Source: Chrysomallon squamiferum (lineage: Eukaryota; Animalia; Mollusca). Taken from it: a stretch of DNA of 64,000 bases. Where the stretch lies: assembly GCA_012295275.1 (NCBI GenBank), contig CM022678.1, positions 16,864,001 to 16,928,000 on the forward strand. Reading direction: 5' to 3'. The notes under the pieces are model-generated. The model saw only the letters and a list, made by a program, of their open reading frames with translations, had not been told where the DNA came from and did no database searches. The position numbers were made by a program, and so were the translations under genes. Positions 24,546-38,408 of this stretch are shown in pieces; position 1 is the first letter of the stretch, and every line of letters starts with the position of its first letter.

Positions 24546-26747
24546 TTTCAGTTAACAGTTTTATATGTAAAGACAACATAGACGTATGTTCTACCTTTAA
24601 ATACTGCCCGCCGGAAATCGAAATGCACTGTATGAAGACTTGTGAAGTTTGTACAGGTAAAGTTATCACGGTTTTAGCATAGCAGAGTCAACTGGAGCAG
24701 CATAGATACAAAAGACAGTTCATATGTTAATAACTATACATAAACAATACAGTTGATATGTCCAGTCAGGATACATACACAGTATAGTTGATGTCCATTA
24801 AAGACACATAGACAGTATAGTTGATATGTTAAGTAAAGATATAGATATACACAGGGTAACTGGTGCATTATGTAAGCACAGATATACAAAATATTTGGAA
24901 TGTTAAACGATGATAGCTAACTAGGATGGATGAATCATATACATGTCTGATCGGATAGATACCAGATAGGAACAGATTTATTAGGAAGGATATGCATTCA
25001 GAAAATAAACATACTAGATATGTTTTTCAGAATTCCATGACTGTAGATATATTTTAGGTAGGATAGATACCCGCGATAGATAATATGACACAAAGGAAAG
25101 CTATGTATTAGGCAGGATAGCTTGTATAAGTAGGATATGTGTACAGGTTACAGTTATGTTAAGATACGACTGATGGATACACGTAATACTTGGCATATAC
25201 AATATATAATTGATAGTATAGATATATAGGATTTAACGGCTGGCAGTTTAATTTTGTGAGTGTACACATACACATACGAACATGCACATACCAAATACAA
25301 AACAGTCACAAAAACATTGCCATTTTTTATTTGTGTTAATAAATATAATGATTTTTCTTTTTGTACACATGCATAATGAGACACACTATTTCTGTTTTGA
25401 TTTCAGTATGTCAATATAGTTAATTACGTTCGCGCGTGCACCCAAACCTTGCATCTACTCTATCAGTTCATATTTTAATTACTGCAAGTGTGCTAGCAGT
25501 GCACACACAATATCCTATAATTCTCGGTAAATTAATGCGAGTAATTCTATTTTTAGATGAGGGGTATTCTGAACGTTATTACTATGGAGATGGCGACACC
25601 TGTAAACCCTGTTCTGTCAAAGACACAAAAAATTCACAAAGTTACAATGAAAAATGTAATACATTTTGTCTCAGTAAAAAAATGCAGGGCTATCACTGTG
25701 ATAAGAATTGTAATGAGAGTTGCTTGGATAAAATATGTTAGAGACGGACAGGTTATTGTGAACGGTGTCCTTCTGGATTATCTGGACCATATTGTCAGCA
25801 GCACTGTAATAACACTGACGACAAAGGTTACTGCATTGGTGACTGTTCTTCTGGGTTTTTCCGTCCAATGTGCGACAAAGAGTGTCCAAAGCAATGTAAA
25901 CACAAAGTCTGCACCAAAATAACGGGAAACTGCATCGGTGACTGTCTTCCTGGTTCTTACGGTCCACAGTGCGAACAAAAGTGTTCAAACGGATGTGGAG
26001 ACAAAGTCTGCAACAATAAGACCGGAGAGTGTTTATAATGCTTTGAAAGATATTTAGGTAAAATGTCTCAGATTCGTTGTTCAGACAACTGTTTAAATAA
26101 TTCCTGTAATAGGAACGGACAATGCACTGAAGGTTGCAAAGTTGGGTTTTTCGGAATGCACTGCGCAGAGAAATGCAGCGCGAACTCTCTACATCAGGAA
26201 TGTAATAGGGAAAACGGATCGTGTACTGCTGGCTGTGTTTCTGGTAAATATTACGGAGACCGTTGCAAAGACTGTCCTCATCGTTGTCTGAATTCTACAT
26301 GTGATCGGAAAACCTGGAAATGTAAGAACGGATGCAACGGCACTGATATTTATGGGGCTTTTTGCAACTATTCTTGTGGCTCGGATTGTCGATATGTTCG
26401 GTGTGAAAACATCTCCGATTACGTTGTGTGCAGGGCGGTTTGTTTCAGCGGAAGAAAGGCAGAACACTGCAGCGATTTTTGTCCTAGGAATTGTAAAGGA
26501 TCATGTCATCAGCTTTCAGGACGATGTCTTCATGGCTGTCTTTTAGGTTACCATTTTAGCTATTGTAATAAATCATGCCCCGCTAACTGTCTGGGAAGTG
26601 CATGCCATCAAAACAACAGAACGTGTTTAAACGGATGTGTAACGTCGTTCTATGGACCGACGTGCTCAAATAGATGCAGTGAGAACTGTACTGTATCTGA
26701 TGCTAGTGGGATCTGTATTTTGTCTTCAAATGATAGTAACGACGAAT
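24546..26747 (+). pseudogene. Copy 3: ShK and EGF exons, pseudogene; 3' part lost at the gap
   Basis: ShK exon 24546-24656 (CKDNIDVCSTFKYCPPEIEMHCMKTCEVC); EGF exon 25557-26747 with TAG at 25739-25741, TAA near 26037 and several Cys losses. No signal exon found upstream. Confidence 0.88.
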
Positions 26748-27026
26748 GTAAGTATTCAGCAGTATATACCCATACACGCGCACACTCACACAGACAAACA
26801 CACACACACAAAGATCAATAGATACATAAACAAGACAAAAAAATAAAAAAAATAAAACGTGAATAAATATAAGAAAATATATGTAAAAGATAAAATTTGT
26901 GCTGATTACAAGTTTGTTCTCATTTTGTCTTTGTTATTGGTTTGTTAGTTATTGCGTTTATTCTGTTTTCATTTTCTGATTAATTAACTATTGTGATAAC
27001 AGTGTTGTGGATGTGGATATCTATTG

Positions 27027-27226
27027 NNNNNNNNNNNNNNNNNNNNNNNNNNNNNNNNNNNNNNNNNNNNNNNNNNNNNNNNNNNNNNNNNNNNNNNNNN
27101 NNNNNNNNNNNNNNNNNNNNNNNNNNNNNNNNNNNNNNNNNNNNNNNNNNNNNNNNNNNNNNNNNNNNNNNNNNNNNNNNNNNNNNNNNNNNNNNNNNNN
27201 NNNNNNNNNNNNNNNNNNNNNNNNNN
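27027..27226. other. Assembly gap (200 N)
   Basis: N run joining the intron after copy 3's EGF exon to the intron before copy 4's EGF exon, so the true gap is probably much larger. Confidence 0.99.
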
Positions 27227-27967
27227 TATATATGATAGTTCATGTGTTAAGTAAGGAGATATACACAAAACAGTTGATATGTTAGTAAAAATATAAATAT
27301 ACAGAGGATAGTTGTATTATGTAAGCACAGATACACAAACTATTTGGTTTGTTAAATATGGGATAGAAGAATCATACACATGTCAGCTAGAACAGTTACC
27401 ACATATGAACGGATATATTAGGAAGATATGTATGCAGAAAACAAGCACACTAGATATGTTATTCTGAATTCCATGACAGTAGGCATATTTTAGGTAGGAT
27501 AATTACGCATGACAGATAATGGCATACAAAGGAAAGCTATGTATTAGGCAGTATAGCTTCTATAAGTAGGAAATGTGTTCAGGTTACAGATATGTTAAGA
27601 TACGATTCATGGATACAGGTAATACTTCGTATACGAGTATACTAGATATACTTGAAATGATAGATATATAGGACGTAACGGATGGCAGTTTAATTATGTG
27701 AGTGTACACATACGAACATGCACACACCAAATACAACACAGTCACAAAAACATGAACGTTAATAAATATAACGATTTTTCTTTTTGTACACATTCATTTT
27801 GAGACACACTATTTCTGTTTTAATTTCAGTAAGTCAACATAGTTAATTTCATTTACTCGTGCACCCTGCTCTCTCAGTTTATCTTTTAATTACAGCAAAT
27901 GTGGTAGCAGAGCACATACAGCCTCCTATAATTCCCTGTAAATTAATAAGAGTAATTCTATTTTTAG

Positions 27968-29158
27968 ATGAGGGGTGTTCTGAGGGTTATTACCATGGTG
28001 ATGGCGACAGTTGTCTTTCCTGTTCTGTCACAGACACAAAACATTCACCAAGTTACAAAGAAAAATGTAATATATTTTGTTCCAGTAGCAAAACACATGG
28101 TAAGGATTGTAATAAGACCTGTAGTGACAGATGCTTGGATAAAATATGTTACAAATGGACAGGTGATTGTGAACGTTGTCCTTCTAGATTCTCTGGACCA
28201 CGTTGTCAGCAGAACTGTAATAACATCGACGACAAAGGTGACTGCATCGGTCCCTGTTCTGCTGGGTTTTTTGGTCCAAAGTGCGACAAAGAGTGTCCAG
28301 ACGGATGTAAAGACAAAGTCTGCAACAAAAAGACTGGAGAGTGTTCAGAATGCCCAGAAGGATCGTGGGGTGAAACTTGTCAGTTTCGTTGTTTTTATAA
28401 CTGTCTAAAAAATTCGTGTAACAGAACCGGGCAATGCTCTCTAGGTTGCAAAGATGTGTTTTTCGGAATGGACTGCTCAAAGAAATGCAGCGCGAACTGT
28501 CTACATCAGGTATGTAATAGGGAAAACGGATCGTGTACGGATGGCTGCGTTTCTGGTGAATATTACGGAGACACTTGCGACAAAACATGTCCTCAGCGCT
28601 GTCTGAATTCTACGTGTGATCGCACAACTGGGAAATGTAAGAACGGGTGCAGCGACTCTGATATTTATGGGGCATTTTGCAGCTATTCTTGTGGCTCATA
28701 TTGTCGAAGTGTTCGGTGTGAAAATAAATCCGATTATGTTGAGTGCAGGGCGGTTTGTGTCAGCGGAAGAAAGGGAGAACATTGCAGGGATTTCTGCCCT
28801 AGGAATTGTAAAGAATCATGTCATCAGCTTTCAGGACGATGTCTTCATGGCTGTCTTTCAGGTTACCATGGTGTCTATTGCAACAAATCATGTCTTAGGA
28901 ATTGCAAAGGATCATGTGATCAGCTTTCAGTACGATGTCTTCATGGTTGTGTTTCCGGTTACCATGGTATCTATTGCAACAAATCATGCCCCGCTACCTG
29001 TCTGGGAAGTGCATGTCATCAAAACAACAGAACGTGTGTACACGGATGTATTACGTCGTTCTATGGACCGACCTGCTCAAATCGATGCAGTGACAACTGC
29101 GCTGCATGTGATGCTAATGGGATCTGCATTTCGCCTTCAAATAGTAGGCACAACGAAT
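27968..29158 (+). CDS. EGF repeat ectodomain exon, copy 4
   Basis: Open 1191-nt Cys-rich exon (ORF 27859-29220). Confidence 0.93.
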
Positions 29159-29713
29159 GTAAGTATTCAATATACGTAAATACATACATACATACATACT
29201 ATTTTGATACCAGTTTCTGATTGGTTATCTATTGTGACAGTTAATTTCTGATAGGTCAACTACTGTGATAGCTATTGTCTGATTTCTTCGTTATGTACGT
29301 TTCAGTGTAATACTTGATATTTTAACTAAATACTTATATATATATATTTTTTTTCTATTTTTATTTTTATTTTTATTATTCAGTGAAGTTCTACTTTGAC
29401 GGGTGGACAGTTATGTATGGAGTGATAATTTTTTCGATTTTGTTGTCGATTTCTTTAGCTGTGTGGTTTATTTTGAGGTATTATTTTATTTTATTTCATT
29501 ATTCATTTCATTATTGATGTATTTATTAATATTATAATTATTATTGTTATTTTTATTAGTAGTAGTATAGTTGTTGTTGTTTTTGTTGTACATTAAAATT
29601 AACAACAATTACAACAATGTGAAATTTAGTACTCATTGTAAACTATAATAGCTCTCTATTTCTAAGTATATTCAATATTCTGTAGAGTGACTAATAATAT
29701 AATAATAATAATA

Positions 29714-29772
<59 letters not shown>

Positions 29773-30153
29773 TGTTATATTAATAATAACAATGATGACG
29801 AAGATATTGATGATTATGGCAGTAATTAGATTGATGATGATGACAATAGTAATAATAATAAAGATGATGATAATGAAGGTCAAGAAAATAATAAAAATTA
29901 TATTCGTGCAATAATGAAAATAATAACAAAAGTTATGACAGTTGTGATTATAAATTAATAGTTTAACTTCTGTATTCAGAAAAATGAAGAAAAGATCTAA
30001 AAAGAAACAACAGCGTGCACGACGACGTAAGAAAAACTTAGCTCGACCACGTGATAACCAGATACAAAAATACATGGAAATGCAACCAGGTTTTAATTTA
30101 ATTAATTACGATATAATGAAGTGATAGCGACAATAACAAGAATAGCAACCACA

Positions 30154-30194
<41 letters not shown>

Positions 30195-30361
30195 ATACAC
30201 AAACACACAAAAAGAAGATTAAGAAGAAGAAAAAATTCACACAAGAGATAACAGCAGCAACACAACCAACACAACCACCGCCACCATCAACAAATAACAA
30301 CAACAACAACAACAATAATAATAACAGTAATGATAATAATAATAGTAGTAATAGTAGTATC

Positions 30362-30443
<82 letters not shown>

Positions 30444-31883
30444 ATATTTGTAATAGGAGTAGTACGTTTTTATGGTAATATTTATGATGATGATGATATT
30501 ATATATTTGAAATAAAGAGAAGAATTTTAGTGCTTTTATGTTAATGTTGTGACGTATAGATTAGTAGTTACAAAACTATTAATATTAGCAGTTAATGTAA
30601 AACTATGACTAGGTCTCGTGAAAGATAGATCGATTGATTCATTTATTGATTGACTGACTGTTTCATTCATTTATTGACGACTGTTAATTTCAGTAATCAG
30701 GAGGAGCAAATCTGACAATTCATCAGATCCTCCTGACGTGGTCCGTTGCCATAACAAACCACCTCCTGCCTCAACTGCGGATGATGACATACTGATGGAC
30801 TTGTTTCAATTACAAACTACCACCTATGATGAAAAAGATGATAATGACGATGACAGTGAAGATGATGTTTACGTATATGAAAAAGACATAAGATCCTCAT
30901 CAAAGGTGTTTCAAAACGAGGCTGAAGAATACGAAATCGAAAACGAGACTCTCTTTGAAAAACCGCATTACCGAAATTTTGGATCTAACCTTGCAAACAA
31001 CACGGGCGATATCCTGCCACTTCTAGATTCCGAGCAAGATGAAAGTGTTGATATTAAACATTTTCACACGTATGTGTACAATATGCGTCTTATGAAAGGT
31101 TTCCATCGTGAATTTCAGGTAATGACTTTTATTTTTTTCTTCTTCTACATTTTCTCCTTCTTTTCTTTTTCTTGTTGCGGTTGTTATTATCATCATGATC
31201 ATCATCGTCATATTTATTTATTTACTATTATTTTATTCTTCTAATTTAATCAATGATTAATTTCTGATGTTCAACATTATAATTATTTCGTAACATTTAA
31301 ACCAATGAAAATTGCTAGTAGTTCATTAATTAATATATTTATTCACTTATTGTCGTTGTAAAATTTGATATGATCCGTAATTTATGACTTACGGTACAGA
31401 CTTCAATATATATACACAAGCTTAATCATGTACGCTCAAAGGGCATACATACGTTATAATATATTAAAAAAATAGATTACGGATCCTTTTTCAGTTTTTA
31501 CAGAAGAGAAGCTGGTATTCCACCGACGTAGCAGAAAAGATACAAAATGTTCCTAAAAATAGATACAGGAATATAAAACCATGTATGTATAAATGTGAAA
31601 TGTTATTTCGTAACTTTAGTAGTCTCTCTTGTTCTTGTTCTTAGTTTTGTTGTTGTTGTTTTTATTTGAAATCGGAAAACGCTTCTCGTCTATCCGAAAT
31701 AGTGATATCATAATTATTAAAAATAATATATAAAACTTTCTGCAAACTATATATATATTAATCGTGAGTTTTTCGAGCAAAGAATCCTCAGTCGGTACTA
31801 CTACTACTACTGCTGCTACTACTACTACTACTATTACTACTACTGCTAATAGTAGTAGTAATAGTAGTACTACTACTACCCCA

Positions 31884-31956
<73 letters not shown>

Positions 31957-32192
31957 TTAATCAAACATATCCCGCTTACCCGGAACCGGTTTTTAAAAAC
32001 TATTTCTTCCTTCTTCTGTCCAGTTTTTCGTAATTGACGCAAACAACACCAGCAGCAACAGCAACAACAACCGCGAAAACAGCAGAAACAACAATAATAA
32101 TAATAAAATAAATTAAACGACTTTCATGTGGAATTTATTTATATATTAATTTATTGTTTAATATCGCTTTGTCTCCCTCTGTCTCTGATATC

Positions 32193-32253
<61 letters not shown>

Positions 32254-32317
32254 AACACACACATAAAATTCTTAAAAAGCAATCTTATATAAATACAGTG
32301 GCGCACTATATATTTTA

Positions 32318-32378
<61 letters not shown>

Positions 32379-33144
32379 TTAAAGCTTTTTGTTTAGAAAT
32401 CGGATCACTAAGATTATCGTAAAAGAAATTTCGTTAGCGAGCAATGTTCGTTTTAGATCGTCGGAAAAAGTAAGCAGTTGTTAGTCATTAAGATCCAACA
32501 AAGTAGCACACCGTCTACGTCTTTGTTTTTAATTTCCTTACCTAAGTCGATTTTTTGGTATTGTTAATTTTTTATTTCAAAATAGTTTCATTGTTTAGTA
32601 AAGTTATGTTCTATCAATTTACACTTTAATATTATTTTGTTTTATTTTTATTTTTATTTCATTTTTAATTAATTGAAAAGATGATTATAACAGAGTGACG
32701 CTTGAGTATGTTCCTGGAATCCCAGCTTCAGATTATATCAACGCCAGTTTTATTGATGTAAGTTTATTTATTTATCTATTCATTTATTTAATAATTTACT
32801 TATTTATTTATTAAATATATTAATTTACATAATGTATGCACACAAACATACACACGCACACACACACATATGCAAACAGATATATGTATATATATACACG
32901 CACACCTACACACATACTTACTTCCATTTATTTTTATTTATTTACTTACATAGTTATATAATTTTTAAATTTATTAATTATATTAATTTCAATTCAGGGC
33001 TATCACAAATCAAAGTGGTACATTGCAGCACAGGGTCCTACAGAAAAGACAGCAGCTGATTTCTGGAGAATGGTTTGGGAGGTCAATTCCACTCATATCA
33101 TAATGCTCACAGATTTAGTTGAAAACAACCAGGTTTGTCCTTAC

Positions 33145-33218
<74 letters not shown>

Positions 33219-33234
33219 ATATGTAGATATATAT

Positions 33235-33265
<31 letters not shown>

Positions 33266-33613
33266 TACGGACAGATAGTTAGAGAGATAGATGGATTTTT
33301 AAAATAAATAAATGAAAAGCATGTCTATCTCTTCAAGAAGAAGAGGGAAAGATTTATGTTTAGTAATGTCTGTTACAGCCAAAATGTTCACTTTACTGGC
33401 CTGAATTGGAAACTAAGAGTAAGAAGTATGAAGATTTGATGATCAAATTGAAGCAAGCTGAATTTCATCCAACATACACGTCCAGCATTTTTAAACTTAC
33501 CAAGGTTTGTTCGTGTGTAGTTTTTGACCCATCAGAAAGGTTGTTATGTTCTAAAGTTTATTTGAGGTAAACTGTAAATTATACATACATGCATATGTAC
33601 ATACACACATACT

Positions 33614-33666
<53 letters not shown>

Positions 33667-33759
33667 GCATACATACCCATAAACATTCATGTATTTTAAG
33701 TATTTATTAACTTATTTACTTATTAATTAATTAAAATGATTCATTTATTTATTTCAATT

Positions 33760-33802
<43 letters not shown>

Positions 33803-34994
33803 TTATTTAATTATCTCAAAATTAAGACAAGTAATCCGGAATTGACAAGAACTGTGACACAACTACACTATATGGACTGGATGGACAAACAAGTGCCAAA
33901 CAATACACGTGCATTACTTGATTTTATCCTGTATGTGAGGGGGCTCAGAGATAGGGGGGATGATCATCCTTTAATAGTTCACTGCAGGTATAGTAGTATA
34001 GTGTTTAATTAATTTTGTTTTCTTTGAATAAATGTAAATAAATAAATAAAAATATAAAAATAATAAATAAATAAATAAATAAAAGAAAAGAAAATTAATA
34101 GTATAAGTAGTAACACAAATTTATATATTTCCATTTCTCCTTATAGTAAGAGTCGATGTTTTGGTGGCAAAGCAAATTCTGTACAGCAGTTAGTGTAAAA
34201 TGAACAAACTGCTAGAAAACATTTCTGTTGATAGACAGTATATGCTGATCTGTTGAACATAAATTAAATCACTAGTATATGACACTTCTTTAGAATACCA
34301 ACAGATTTTTTATTCTAAAGTAAACATAAGTCTGAATATTTTTTCTTACAATTTTTAAAACAAGCTATTAACCATTAATTTTATATTTGTGGTTGCATTT
34401 TTATAATAAACTGCTAAATAATAGTTTTCTTTTCATAGTAGGCTTTTTTTTTTGTTTTTTTTTATAACAATATACTAAATAACAATTGATATTTTCAGTT
34501 TCTCTTCTGAACCAGACAACTCTATGTTAATTTTCTAATTAATACCAAAATGCAAATTATATATCAGTAGCTATTCTGAAATCTACATAATCTTTTTTTA
34601 CTCTTCTTCTTCTATTTCATTTTTCATTTAACCCTTGTCGTTGTTCTTTTTCATTTTAACAAGCTCAAATGAAGATCAGTTGTAAAATTATCAAAATTGT
34701 TTTCATTCCAGTGCTGGTGTTGGAAGGACAGGTACTTTCATAGCTATAGATTATCTTCTTGACCAGGCACTGAGCAGAGGAAGACTCGATGTAGTTGGTT
34801 GTGTGGCACGTTTAAGAAAACAACGAAATCATATGGTGCAAACTGTTGTAAGTATTCTAGTGTACCTGTTTTTTAGAAATATTTCTATTTTTCTTAAACC
34901 TGTCGTTGTACCGGGAATAGTCGAATGTCCTGTTGTTGTTCGTGTTGTTTTTGTTCTGGTTAATGTTACTGCTATGACTTGTAAGTTGTTGTTG

Positions 34995-35066
<72 letters not shown>

Positions 35067-35261
35067 TCTTGATGTGTTTTATGTGAGTTTGTTATTATTG
35101 TTTGTTTGTTAGTTTACACAATCTATTATTTTTACTTTTCATTACAGATGCAATACAATTTTATTCATCAACTTCTGTTAGAATGGTTGTTATCATTCAA
35201 CATCATTTCAGAAAGAGGTGACATAACAGAAACTGACAGCAATCAAGAAGGAAATAATTAA
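27968..35261 (+). CDS. Copy 4: EGF-TM-PTP receptor, intact in all visible exons (signal and ShK exons presumably in the gap)
   Basis: Exons 27968-29158, 29384-29477, 29980-30089, 30694-31118, 31495-31582, 32681-32757, 32998-33132, 33379-33504, 33827-33987, 34712-34847, 35148-35261. All AG/GT; 2657 nt in frame (~885 codons) with no internal stop; [11 protein letters not shown] and MVQTVMQYNF. Confidence 0.93.
28795..28986 (+). repeat. Tandem 96-nt duplication of one EGF unit
   Basis: [32 protein letters not shown] / [32 protein letters not shown]; single unit in copies 2 and 3. Confidence 0.9.
29384..29477 (+). CDS. Transmembrane exon, copy 4
   Basis: [25 protein letters not shown]. Confidence 0.9.
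31495..35261 (+). CDS. PTP catalytic domain exons, copy 4
   Basis: [71 protein letters not shown]; the HCS|AG intron is at the position typical of metazoan classical PTPs. Confidence 0.94.
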
Positions 35262-37021
35262 AAAAGAATAAATAGAAAATAAATTTGCCTCAATTTTGTG
35301 TTTTTTATGAAGCTGAATATTTCTGTAATCCAGATGTCAGGAATTGTAAAGGATGAAGTATCTACACTGGAAAGACACAGAAAGTAATAGAAGTCCATTG
35401 CTTGTATTGGAATACAGAAATAATATGATGAGTTTTTGATTTCAGGGATATTTGAAACTTTTGTGTGAGAAAGAAAAATGCAAGGCAGTTGTTAAGTGAT
35501 AAAAATTTGTGTCCACAAGAAAGAAGACATTTCTATAATTAAGATTGCTGCTCCTGTATTGAATAAAGGGACTAATGCAAACAAACTAAAATCTAATCTA
35601 GGGCGACCATTACCATATTTATAAAAAGGAGAATTTTTAAAACATTTTTGTGATAGACATGTTTAGCCTAATTAAAAATTGTTTTAATAATCAGTTGAAA
35701 TATATGAAGTTATATAAAAGGTACAACATATACTTAGAAGTCAGGGAAATTTCTGTCCACAAGAAAGATGTCTGCTCCTTTAGTGGATAATGTGACGAAT
35801 GTAAACAAACTGTAAACTAATCTTCATGTTACTCTCAGCTGCAGTGGAATATGGGTAATATCTGGGACGAGCATTTCCATATTTGAAAAGAAGGACTTTT
35901 AAAAACATTTTATGACACTTATAATGTCTAAATATAATATGCTTAATGATGGTTGTAATGTAAAAATTGTGTGTGTATATAAATACATATATGTATGCAT
36001 GTATGTATGTGTGTACGTACGTAAATACAAGGCAATTCAATTTTGTAAACAACAGAACAAAATGAATGTTTACGTTCAGTCCATTTCCAAAATTAGAAAG
36101 TAAAATATTTAAATTTTCTTTTTGTACCAAATGCTATTTGCCTGTGTATGTCTGTATAAGTGTGTTTCGCTGTTTTTATGTACATATCTATTTGATACAG
36201 GATCTGCTTTGAAAAGTATATTTTTGGTGATGGGAAACATTAAAGTGTGAATTTATAATCTTATATTGTGATAAAACATCCAGATAACCTTTTTTTGTGT
36301 GCTAAACTAATAATAATAATAATTTGAGTTGTGTGGTAGGTATCCTAAACACAATAATAATAATAACATTAACAACAGCTGTTATAATAAAAAAATTTAA
36401 AATGAATTAAGTTTTCTTATAATTTTCTTCCTTTTTCATAGACATGAGTCTGTCATATAGAGATTTTTGCAAAAATGGGGTTAATTCTCTGTTCCTCTCT
36501 CTTTGTCTCACTCTGTCTTTCCCTCTCTCTCTCGCTTTCTCTGTGTGTATGTGTGTATGTATTTACATTTGTGTAGTTTCATATGTGTGTATATGTTTTT
36601 GTGTATAAATGTGTGTTCACACGTCTGTGTGTGTTTGTATGTGGTTGTGTGTGTGTATGCTGCACATGCATAATTTTAAACATTGGACCAGCAGAGAAGA
36701 GTCTAGTCAAATTATGTCCTTACGAAGCAGATAACACAAACAAAAAAATAATATAGTAGAAACACATGAACGCCGAACATTGTAGTGATCAAAAAATCTC
36801 AATATACAGAGACAGAGATACATGTTTTACTATACTTTAATTTCATGTCATTTCATTTATTTTATTTTAATTCAAATGTTCTATTACATTTAATTATTAA
36901 TTTAATTTAATTTAATTTTTTTAAGTTTAATTTTCTTTTTCTTTTCTGAACTGCACTAATTTCTAAATTCAGTTTTTAAAATATTTCATTTACAATAAAG
37001 AAAAAATTAAACATTTATTAA

Positions 37022-37068
<47 letters not shown>

Positions 37069-37845
37069 ATGAATGAATAAATGAATAAATAAATAAATAA
37101 AAAAGATATTCAGTTTTTACATTTTATTAATCATAAATCTTTTATTCATATACCACCTACTATTTCATGGCTTTAGTGTATCCACGTGAAACAAGGGAAG
37201 TTACTCTAATACGAGTTTAGCAGACTGGATGGTTTCCCAGCCTCAGCAGCTGAGAGAAAAAATCTGGATTTTTAGTGTGAAAATATTGACTTATTTTTCT
37301 ATAATTATTAAAATAAATTAGATTTAAGAATAATATATTTGTCTTAGGTGATAATGAGGTTATATGAGTCTCATAATCATAGTGTGTTCCCACCACCCAA
37401 CAATGCCGGATACATAGCGATAGGTAGGCGAACCTTTTCGACTTGGTTAGTCAGTAGCCTTATTCACTTTTATGTACATCGACAGCTAGTTTAAACACTC
37501 AAATTTATGTTCACTGTTTGAGCTATTAGAGCAAAGGTTAACACCTGTAAAATTTAGAATGGCAAGTTTTACTTCCAAATTACAGTAGAATTAATGGCAA
37601 TTGCATTAATGTCCGTGGTAGCACTTAAGAATAAATGTATCGGAATAGAAATTTATACTTTATATATTATAAATAAAATGTTATTTATAAAAAATAAACA
37701 CTCACGTTTATGATGATTCTTTGAGTTATTAAAGGAAAAGTTAATACCTGTAACATTTAAAACGGCAGGTTTTAGTTCTTTTACATCAAAGTTATTTTCT
37801 TTTCACTGTAACAGTTTTGTCAATAAATTTAAAATACGCGGACAC

Positions 37846-37878
<33 letters not shown>

Positions 37879-37884
37879 TACACA

Positions 37885-38073
37885 ATATTTGTAATTTGTA
37901 AATACATTTTTCAGATTTAAAAACACGTTACAAAAATATGGGGTGGTTTTGAGGGCTTGGGACTAACGGTATTTCAATCAATTTAATTTGGGAAAATTCA
38001 TTTCATATACGTCATAATTGATTTACGAGCTCGGTCACGGAACGAATTAAACTCGTAAGTCAACATACCACTG
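37885..38073 (+). mobile_element. Right-end fragment of a Tigger/pogo-like element
   Basis: Same TIR plus TA as 7160-7345, at the paralogous site. Confidence 0.75.
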
Positions 38074-38172
38074 TAATTCCAGTGGCTAGGACATCTATTC
38101 TAAATATAGACAATCGTGGGTGTAAAATACGAGTAACATGTCTATTTTTAGAACTTAACTATTCCCGTGACA

Positions 38173-38186
38173 AGGAAACTGAAACT
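38173..38186 (+). promoter_or_regulatory. ISRE-like element, copy 5 promoter
   Basis: AGGAAACTGAAACT, ~220 nt upstream of ATG 38409. Confidence 0.6.
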
Positions 38187-38408
38187 GCAGATATGTCCGA
38201 AGCGGCTATGAACGACACGACATTCTAGAATTTTAGTGGGAAAATATCAGTATTTTTTGTTTTATCTTCCTTATTCTTCGTCTTAACATGTTAAGACAAT
38301 GTGTTACGTACAGAAGATCAGATACTTGGAACTCGAATAACTTTCTCGCTCATAAATTTACAACAACACTGAGATATCCGATTCGTAATGACGCAAGTTG
38401 AATTAAAA

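Noticed and set aside
26980-27285. X-containing ORFs (also 56824-57193)
   Set aside because: Artefacts of the N gaps.
27859-27967. Hydrophobic signal-like N-terminus of ORFs 849, 25436 and 27859
   Set aside because: Starts at GTG/TTG in intron sequence before a good acceptor and is closed in copies 2 and 5; a proper ATG signal exon exists upstream.
27968-29179. Alternative-frame and antisense ORFs over the EGF exons
   Set aside because: Shadows of Cys-rich repetitive coding sequence with no independent signal.
27968-35261. Assigning a symbol such as MEGF10, PTPRK or PTPRA
   Set aside because: Only domain-level similarity; the architecture matches none of these, so orthology is unsupported.
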